A stretch of 12,460 nucleotides of DNA from a virus (lineage: Duplodnaviria; Heunggongvirae; Uroviricota; Caudoviricetes), in IMG/VR virus record IMGVR_UViG_3300009702_000022, positions 64,001-76,460 of that record; one strand, given 5' to 3'. Below are positions 7,018 to 12,364 of this stretch, piece after piece. A program made the position numbers and the translations under genes. Under the pieces are notes generated by a model. The model did no database searches, was not told the DNA's origin, and worked only from the letters and a program-made list of their open reading frames with translations. Every line of letters starts with the position of its first letter. The first letter of the stretch is position 1.

Positions 7018-7317
7018 ATGGCTAAGAAGTATTTTACGGTTGTTGACCTTCGTAACAACTTGGAGGTTATTAACAAAGCGCTTGAAAAATACGGTTTTGA
7101 CTTTCGTTTGCGTGAATCCGGTAGAAACGGTTATCAGGCCGTTGACGAATATTATGTTCATCCGGATGGAACGCCCCATGAGGACGGGGCGGTCCGCAAC
7201 ATATGTTGTGGTTCTTCCCGTGAGTGTAATGATGCAGCTCGACAGCATTATTATTCTCGTTACAATAAGGCATATCGTAAGGGTCTTATTAAAGCTGAGG
7301 AAAGGAAGGGTATTTAG
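7018..7317 (+). CDS. Hypothetical protein, 99 aa
   Basis: SD GAGAGGA; in operon context. Confidence 0.75.
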   Translation: MAKKYFTVVDLRNNLEVINKALEKYGFDFRLRESGRNGYQAVDEYYVHPDGTPHEDGAVRNICCGSSRECNDAARQHYYSRYNKAYRKGLIKAEERKGI

Positions 7318-7318
7318 T

Positions 7319-7525
7319 ATGTTGTGGGGAAGTCATGAAGAACGAAATAGAACGGATTTAGTGGTGCTTTTATGTCTGATGATTGTGGGGACTATACTGT
7401 TTTTACTGGCTGATATGATTCCACCGGATAGAGGGGTTAATGCTTATCCGAACGGACTTTACTATTGTGGGCATACTTATGCTACTTGGGCGGAAGTGAA
7501 GGATCAAATTGATAAAGAGGATTAG
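7319..7525 (+). CDS. Small membrane protein, 68 aa, one predicted TM helix
   Basis: Start reassigned to ATG 7319 (AAGGAAGGG SD, 1 nt after the previous stop). Hydrophobic stretch LVVLLCLMIVGTILFLLA. Confidence 0.7.
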   Translation: MLWGSHEERNRTDLVVLLCLMIVGTILFLLADMIPPDRGVNAYPNGLYYCGHTYATWAEVKDQIDKED

Positions 7526-7543
7526 AAAATTCTGAGATTTTAC

Positions 7544-7571
7544 TTGACTTGTGGCGCCTGTATGGTAGTGT
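7544..7571 (+). promoter_or_regulatory. sigma70-type promoter P5 (near-copy of P3)
   Basis: TTGACT-16 bp-(TGG)TAGTGT-TTAAGTAGTGAGGGA. 7524-7586 matches 3166-3227 with 8 differences. Confidence 0.85.
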
Positions 7572-7624
7572 TTAAGTAGTGAGGGATTGAAACCGCAAAC
7601 GCCCCAAAGGGGCAAGGGAAGGGA

Positions 7625-8110
7625 ATGATGGGAAAACGTGACTTACAGAAAATCGGCGCGGCAGCATACGCTTCGATTGAGAACATGGTTGAGGCAATGC
7701 GGGTCGATTATGATCGGTTGAACGAATTGAGATATCGTGATAACGATGATGACGATTCGCTCGATAATGACGAGGTTGTGGAATTGCTTGATCTTGAGGA
7801 TCAAGCAGGTGAATGCGAATCGTTGGAAGATGCCGAGGAGGCTATTTGGAACGATGCGCTTGATATTGAGGTTCGTGAGGATTGGCACGCGCCGGGGGCT
7901 AAGCCGGATAAGTACGATTGTGGCGAATTCCGTATATTGCTTACCACGGGGGGCCCGGCAACCCGAGTTGTGGGTACGTTGGATGGGTACAAACAACCCA
8001 CAACCGCCCATCTTGAAGCGCAAGACTGGTTTCAACCTTGGACCCCCTATGAGGGGGGCGATGAGGGGGTTCTGCTAGAATATTGTGCACGATTTTACTT
8101 TGGGGAATAA
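7625..8110 (+). CDS. Acidic hypothetical protein, 161 aa, with LLTTGGP and QDWF motifs
   Basis: SD AAGGGAAGGG; 40/161 residues are D/E by hand count; acidic N-terminal half and a globular-looking C-terminal half. Confidence 0.85.
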   Translation: MMGKRDLQKIGAAAYASIENMVEAMRVDYDRLNELRYRDNDDDDSLDNDEVVELLDLEDQAGECESLEDAEEAIWNDALDIEVREDWHAPGAKPDKYDCGEFRILLTTGGPATRVVGTLDGYKQPTTAHLEAQDWFQPWTPYEGGDEGVLLEYCARFYFGE

Positions 8111-8122
8111 CCCGTGTTGGCG

Positions 8123-8179
8123 CCCCCGGGGGGTCTAATCCCTCCCCTCGGGGGTAGGTGGAAGTGGAATAGGGATTAG
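8123..8179 (+). other. Intergenic GC-rich stem-loop with loop-downstream complementarity (pseudoknot candidate)
   Basis: 8123-8133 pairs with 8144-8154 (11 bp, one G-U). Loop CTAATCCCT (8135-8143) is the exact reverse complement of AGGGATTAG (8171-8179). Confidence 0.55.
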
Positions 8180-8217
8180 TGTTTCGCGCTTATGGCTTTT
8201 GAATAAAGGGGATTGTA

Positions 8218-8715
8218 ATGAGTTACGATTATGGGCACTGTTTGACGAACGTATCGAATACTTTGGTTCCCGGAACTGATTCGAAAATCCGGTTTGGGGT
8301 GATTCCACAACACGAAGTTATGGAGGCATGGTGTGAGGAGTCTGAGGGATTTTACGGTTTTCCACATTGTCCAGAATGCGGGGAATTGTTGCCTGATGAT
8401 GTTTGTGACGGCGACAAGTGCAAATGCGGTTATGAGATTAAGTGGGTTGGCGAGGATTGTTACGGGGATGAGCCTTTGTCATACTACGTGGATAGTGAGG
8501 GATATATGGCCGATTCGGATGGGTATGGGGATATCTTCATTACAAAATCTCCGTATTATACCCGTTGTGGCTTTTGTTCGCCGTGTGCCCCCGGTGCGGG
8601 TTACATCACTGATAGGAGTGATGACTGTTATGCCTTTTGTTTCGGTCCGGAGTGGTTTGAGGATGAGCCCCCTTACCCGATCTATCGGGTTTCTGACGGT
8701 TCGCGGGTTGAGTAG
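8218..8715 (+). CDS. Cys-rich acidic hypothetical protein, 165 aa (probable metal binding)
   Basis: CPECG, CKCG and CGFCSPC motifs; SD AAAGGGG. Confidence 0.85.
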   Translation: MSYDYGHCLTNVSNTLVPGTDSKIRFGVIPQHEVMEAWCEESEGFYGFPHCPECGELLPDDVCDGDKCKCGYEIKWVGEDCYGDEPLSYYVDSEGYMADSDGYGDIFITKSPYYTRCGFCSPCAPGAGYITDRSDDCYAFCFGPEWFEDEPPYPIYRVSDGSRVE

Positions 8716-8727
8716 ATTAGGTTAGTT

Positions 8728-8817
8728 GGCCCGAAAACTCGGACCATAACAGGCATATAGGTATTGTTGGAAAGTCCAAATACCATGTGTGCGCTTGTAT
8801 GGCCTGGTATTCGGGCC
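8728..8817 (+). other. Long imperfect hairpin (~90 nt): RNA-processing site, terminator or small RNA
   Basis: Nested pairings GGCCCGAA/TTCGGGCC, (G)GACCATA/TATGGCC, ACAG-GCATAT/GTGTGC..TTGT and GGTATT..TTGGA/TCCAAATACC around an AAG loop. Confidence 0.65.
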
Positions 8818-8832
8818 CATTTCTATTGTTCA

Positions 8833-8912
8833 GATTGTGACGATTGTTCGGATTATGCGGGATGAAGGTAAAATCGGAACAACCGGAATAATTGGAATAA
8901 TTGGAATAATCG
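8833..8912. repeat. 9-bp repeat family, two half-arrays in opposite orientation
   Basis: GATTRT at 8833, 8842 and 8851, then AHAAYYG cores at 8870, 8879, 8888, 8897 and 8906. Confidence 0.8.
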
Positions 8913-8920
8913 GAAATTAC

Positions 8921-8948
8921 TTGACACGGGTGAAAAACGTGGTAGACT
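8921..8948 (+). promoter_or_regulatory. sigma70-type promoter P6
   Basis: AAATTAC-TTGACA-16 bp-(TGG)TAGACT-TTAGATAGTGAGGGA. Confidence 0.85.
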
Positions 8949-8992
8949 TTAGATAGTGAGGGAGGGGCAAAACGGGTTATTTGGAGATTACC

Positions 8993-10252
8993 ATGAAAAC
9001 GTTGACAACGGTTACACTGAACGCACGAGGCAAATCGGTATTGTGGGCGAGGGTTGCCAAGTTGAATAAGAGGGCCACTAGGTACGGCATGAATTCGATA
9101 ACCTTGCGGGTTATCTCGGAAGAGCCGATTGAGCGGGCTGTAAAGGTTAACGGGATTACTCAGTTTGTCCCGGATATTGAATACGTGGTTGAAATTAACG
9201 GTTGCGAACCATGCATTAACGGTTGGAAGCTTGTGGCGCGGGTGGAATTCGACGCGTGCGCCGGGACCCTAGTGCATATCGTTCCGGGGCACGAGGATAA
9301 TGATTCCTACGCCCAATATCGGACGATCGGACCCGTTTGCGAACATTGCCACGTCGCGCGAAAACGCAACGATGTTTTCGTGCTTGAAAATCAGGAGGGG
9401 GTGCGTAGGATTATCGGTCGTAATTGTCTTGCCGATTATTTGCGTTCGGGCAATGCTGCCGATTTAGCCCGATGGGCCGAATTCATGGGCGAAATTGAAA
9501 AAACGGGTTCTGACGGGGGTGACGGTGATTCGGAATATGAGCGAGGAGGGCATGTTAACTCGGTAATGAGTTTAAGCGCTTACTTGCGGGTTGTAGCGGT
9601 TGCAAAACGGCGTTTCGGGTGGTTGGGGCGTGTTGCAGCGCGGGATGCGGACGGGGTTGCAACAGCCGATACGGCTATTCGAATCCTCTTCGGGCGGGGG
9701 GCGGGGCATGAACGTTGGTTGGCGGAAAATGAATTATTCGCTTCTAGCGATGATGCGGAATATGTCGAAAAGGCGATTGAATGGGCCGGTTCCGACGATG
9801 AGAATCCCTCCGAATATCGGTACATCATTCGAAAACTTGCTCTTGCGGGTTCTGTCGATATGAGCAAGCACGCGGGTTATGCCGCTTCTATCCTGATTGC
9901 TTATGATAAGCATCTTGAGAGGGAAGTAGAATATGCTGCCCGCGTCGCCGGTATGAAGGAAAAGGTTTATATCGGTTCGCCGAAAAAACGGATTCGTAAC
10001 CTCTCGGTCAAATGTGTGGGAGTTTCCACTTTTGAGGGTTATTACGGTGTGACAACCATTGTGCGATTCGAACATTATCCGGACGGTCCGGATGGAAACA
10101 CTCGTGCCATACTTGTCTGGTTTGCTAGTGGTGACAAGTGTTATGACTGGAACGTTGATGAGGATTATGTCATTGATGCTACTGTTAAGGCTCATGACGA
10201 TCATGAGAAATATGGCAAGCAAACCAAGATTAACCGAGTGAAGGGGCTTTGA
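8993..10252 (+). CDS. Hypothetical phage protein, 419 aa; Cys motifs and probable C-terminal OB-fold nucleic-acid-binding domain
   Basis: Start ATG 8993 after GGAG SD. CEHC...R-x-R...IGRNCLADYL in the N-terminal half; beta-rich tail YIG...YGVTTIVRF...LVWFASG...IDATVKAH...KQTKINRV has an OB-fold-like pattern (not confirmed by search). Confidence 0.8.
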   Translation: MKTLTTVTLNARGKSVLWARVAKLNKRATRYGMNSITLRVISEEPIERAVKVNGITQFVPDIEYVVEINGCEPCINGWKLVARVEFDACAGTLVHIVPGHEDNDSYAQYRTIGPVCEHCHVARKRNDVFVLENQEGVRRIIGRNCLADYLRSGNAADLARWAEFMGEIEKTGSDGGDGDSEYERGGHVNSVMSLSAYLRVVAVAKRRFGWLGRVAARDADGVATADTAIRILFGRGAGHERWLAENELFASSDDAEYVEKAIEWAGSDDENPSEYRYIIRKLALAGSVDMSKHAGYAASILIAYDKHLEREVEYAARVAGMKEKVYIGSPKKRIRNLSVKCVGVSTFEGYYGVTTIVRFEHYPDGPDGNTRAILVWFASGDKCYDWNVDEDYVIDATVKAHDDHEKYGKQTKINRVKGL

Positions 10253-10644
10253 TGATGGATTCGAAAATACGGCTTAAGATAATCGATCAAGCAGTAACGG
10301 TTGATCGTGATACACCACCTAAAGGGGTTAGTATAAAATTTTCTGGTCCTGACGGTAGGCATATTTCACTTGCTTTTGACGGTCGTTACGATTCGAATAG
10401 CTTGTGGGGTAATTTGGTTGTTAAGACTTTTATGCCCTATGCCGATTGTCCGCTTGTTGGCAATGAGGGCGAACAAAGTGGATCCATATCGGATTTGCAG
10501 GCTATGAGGCTTTTGCGGGATGAATTGATCGCGCTTAATCTTGGAAAATTTGACCCCTCTGTCACTTGTTCGGAATGCGGCAAACGGTACGTTCCTAGCA
10601 ATCGTGTCAGTAGTAGGGTTTGTTCCCGTTGTCGAGAAAATTGA
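10252..10644 (+). CDS. Hypothetical protein, ~130 aa, with C-terminal zinc ribbon
   Basis: TGATG overlap with the previous stop; CSECG-x10-VCSRC. Start could be 10249, 10252 or 10255. Confidence 0.75.
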   Translation: MMDSKIRLKIIDQAVTVDRDTPPKGVSIKFSGPDGRHISLAFDGRYDSNSLWGNLVVKTFMPYADCPLVGNEGEQSGSISDLQAMRLLRDELIALNLGKFDPSVTCSECGKRYVPSNRVSSRVCSRCREN

Positions 10645-10653
10645 AAATTTTAC

Positions 10654-10681
10654 TTGACATTCGCGGGGAGCGCGGTAGATT
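10654..10681 (+). promoter_or_regulatory. sigma70-type promoter P7
   Basis: TTGACA-16 bp-TAGATT. 10641-10661 is identical to 5197-5217 (TTGAAAATTTTACTTGACATT). Confidence 0.75.
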
Positions 10682-10727
10682 TGTAGTGTTCAGAAACTGG
10701 CATGGTTACTTCAGAAAAGGGGTTGTT

Positions 10728-10907
10728 ATGAATTCAAAAGCGCGTAAACACGTACGGCGACAACTTGAGGCGTTGACACGACCACAACTTGTTGCGCTTG
10801 CTGCGCAGAAAATTCCGAGGGGTTCGCTTCAAAACTTGCGGGCAACGGATTCCGCCGCGCTGATAGCCAAGCTTATCCCGGTGAAAGAGGTGTTGAAACC
10901 ATGGTAG
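10728..10907 (+). CDS. Small basic hypothetical protein, 59 aa
   Basis: Start reassigned to ATG 10728 (AAAAGGGG SD after P7). Confidence 0.7.
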   Translation: MNSKARKHVRRQLEALTRPQLVALAAQKIPRGSLQNLRATDSAALIAKLIPVKEVLKPW

Positions 10908-10912
10908 GAACA

Positions 10913-11341
10913 ATGCCGATACATGATATCGATTCAATGGTGCAAGGGATGAACGCGGGTGACGCGTGGTTGATTCGCACGGCGTACACTACAAGAGGGG
11001 TGGCGGACGGAGCACGTTTGCGGGCGAAGAAACCGTTCCGCAAGATAACTTCGCTTCGAGAGGGTTGCGCCAATTATGTTTGGCGTATGCTTTGTTTCGA
11101 TTGTGCGGGTTTCGCGCCCCACAACTGTATGCCTGTTTGTGCGAGTATGGAAGTTATGGAAGGTTATAACGCTGAATACGGTCGTGTCGATCGTAACGAT
11201 CATGAGGCTTGTGAGTTGAGGCGGGACAACGAACAGAATATGTTGGATATGCTGGATGAATTGACTAAGCGGGCCGAATCGGCTTTGCCGATTAGGTCGT
11301 TTAAAGGGATTTTACAATGGGGCAAAGTACTTGGAATTTAG
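10913..11341 (+). CDS. Hypothetical protein, ~142 aa
   Basis: ATG 10913 has an AGGA SD (alternative start 10901); several Cys/His residues (CFDC, HNCMPVC). Confidence 0.75.
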   Translation: MPIHDIDSMVQGMNAGDAWLIRTAYTTRGVADGARLRAKKPFRKITSLREGCANYVWRMLCFDCAGFAPHNCMPVCASMEVMEGYNAEYGRVDRNDHEACELRRDNEQNMLDMLDELTKRAESALPIRSFKGILQWGKVLGI

Positions 11342-11351
11342 GAGGCAGGGT

Positions 11352-11513
11352 ATGTATCTGATTAAATGGCGTAGGCCAAGTGGAACGGTTGTATTAACTG
11401 GTTTGTCTCGCTATTCGACGCGGGAAGAGGCAGAGGCACAAGTGGCATGGTGGCAGTTGTTTTTCGGAAACAACTATTACGTGGAAAAGGTAAGCGATTA
11501 CACAAGTTGCTAG
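11352..11513 (+). CDS. Small hypothetical protein, 53 aa
   Basis: Start reassigned to ATG 11352 (AGGAGG SD); contains YSTREEAE, a short helix-start motif common in small phage proteins. Confidence 0.7.
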   Translation: MYLIKWRRPSGTVVLTGLSRYSTREEAEAQVAWWQLFFGNNYYVEKVSDYTSC

Positions 11514-11519
11514 TCGCAA

Positions 11520-11561
11520 AAGGGGAGGGGTCAAGGTAGTGATTGACCCCTCCCTTTATTT
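11520..11561 (+). terminator. Intrinsic terminator T1
   Basis: 12-bp stem GGGAGGGGTCAA (11523-11534) / TTGACCCCTCCC (11543-11554), 8-nt loop, then TTTATTT; directly after the last gene of the P7 unit. Confidence 0.8.
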
Positions 11562-11610
11562 GTGGGCCCAAAACAAGGGAAGGGGCTGGGAATCGATTTT
11601 CCGTCTTGGC

Positions 11611-11730
11611 GGGGGCCTGTGGGGGCATGCGGGGGCCGGCGCCTATCGGTAGGGTAACTAGGGGGTGACACGGAAAACGGCATACGGGGCGTGTGGGGGC
11701 TTGTGGGGGCGTGTAAGGGCGTGTAGGGGC
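11611..11730 (+). repeat. 10-bp-period G-tract repeats (GGGGGCNTGY), G-quadruplex-compatible
   Basis: GGGGGC at 11611, 11621 and 11631; G-runs at 11686, 11695, 11705, 11717 and 11726 with loops of 5, 5, 7 and 6 nt. Confidence 0.8.
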
Positions 11731-11744
11731 AAAATGAAACAACT

Positions 11745-11784
11745 CCCCCTCTGCCGGGGGTTTACTTCGGTAGAGGGGGTTTTT
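11745..11784 (+). terminator. Intrinsic terminator-like hairpin T2
   Basis: CCCCCTCTGCCG (11745-11756) / CGGTAGAGGGGG (11768-11779), one G-U pair, followed by TTTTT. Confidence 0.65.
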
Positions 11785-11790
11785 CGTGCG

Positions 11791-11824
11791 CGGTTGTCGG
11801 TTGTCGGTTGTCGGTTGTCGGTTG
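11791..11824. repeat. Heptamer tandem repeat (CGGTTGT)x4 plus a partial copy
   Basis: Perfect copies at 11791, 11798, 11805 and 11812, partial at 11819. Confidence 0.9.
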
Positions 11825-11855
11825 GGGGTAATGGGCACGCGGGCACGCGGGGCGG

Positions 11856-11893
11856 GTCAAGTTTTTTTCTGAAAATTTTCAAAAAAACTTGAC
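11856..11893. promoter_or_regulatory. 38-bp palindrome overlapping the P8 -35 (operator or cruciform candidate)
   Basis: GTCAAG-T7-CT-GAAAATTTTC-A7-CTTGAC, perfect except for a 2-nt bulge. Confidence 0.6.
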
Positions 11894-11916
11894 TTTTTCG
11901 TATTTGGGGATAGACT
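11889..11916 (+). promoter_or_regulatory. sigma70-type promoter P8
   Basis: TTGACT-16 bp-TAGACT-TTATATAGTGAGGGA. Confidence 0.8.
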
Positions 11917-11961
11917 TTATATAGTGAGGGAAGGGACAAGGGTTCAAAATTGGAGGGCATC

Positions 11962-12138
11962 ATGAAGAATTCGGAATTCGCAGAACTTTGTGACCAGAAC
12001 AAGCGATACTTTCAATCGGGCGCTTGGTTGCCGCAAGAGAAACCGGAACACCCGGTTGTACCGCTCGGGCCGAAAACTCTGGCTGTCCTGGAATGGCTGG
12101 ATAGAGTATCTACGCAATTGGGTCGAATTCTACTGTAA
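11962..12138 (+). CDS. Small hypothetical protein, 58 aa
   Basis: ATG 11962 after GGAGGG SD; first gene after P8. Confidence 0.7.
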   Translation: MKNSEFAELCDQNKRYFQSGAWLPQEKPEHPVVPLGPKTLAVLEWLDRVSTQLGRILL

Positions 12139-12151
12139 GGGGAGGGATATC

Positions 12152-12253
12152 ATGGACTTTTCAGGTGTGCAACAAGTTGTGACGGTTATTCCGATGGTTC
12201 TGGTGGCGGCGCCTGTGGCGGTCGTCATACTTTTCACGGTTTTCATGCGGTAA
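12152..12253 (+). CDS. 33-aa hydrophobic membrane peptide
   Basis: GGGGAGGG SD; MDFSGVQQVVTVIPMVLVAAPVAVVILFTVFMR, a single TM-like stretch followed by a terminator. Confidence 0.6.
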   Translation: MDFSGVQQVVTVIPMVLVAAPVAVVILFTVFMR

Positions 12254-12256
12254 CCC

Positions 12257-12364
12257 GCATGATCCAAACGGTCCGCGTGGTCCGCACAATCCGCACAAGC
12301 CGGGTTGTGCGGTTTTTTCGTACACTCATTGTAACCTGCATAATCGTCATAATTTGTGTAATCG
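12257..12364. repeat. 9-bp repeat family, third cluster (split by terminator T3)
   Basis: GCATGATCC AAACGGTCC GCGTGGTCC GCACAATCC GCACAAGCC at 12257-12301, and GCATAATCG TCATAATTT GTGTAATCG at 12338-12364. Confidence 0.7.
12291..12318 (+). terminator. Intrinsic terminator T3
   Basis: CCGCACAA (12291-12298) / TTGTGCGG (12305-12312), 6-nt loop, then TTTTTT. Confidence 0.8.

Noticed and set aside
8095-8220. Programmed frameshift or read-through fusing 7625..8110 to 8218..8715 via the pseudoknot
   Set aside because: No canonical slippery heptamer, and stops in all three frames before 8218.
38-10222. Numerous antisense or out-of-frame ORFs in the track (e.g. 3820..4269, 5477..6031, 6681..7076, 7643..8035, 9734..10222)
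   Set aside because: They lie opposite or inside SD-supported genes in promoter-defined units and have I/V/F-rich shadow composition.
11530-11547. Terminator T1 contains GTCAA-GGTAGTGA-TTGAC, resembling the promoter -35 and -10 words
   Set aside because: The elements are in the wrong order and spacing, and TTGACC has no -10 at 16-17 bp; probably coincidence.
11362-12002. ORFs 11362..11838 (-), 11658..12002 (-) and 11665..11892 (+)
   Set aside because: Low-complexity translations of G-tract and heptamer repeats, with no SD, spanning terminators.
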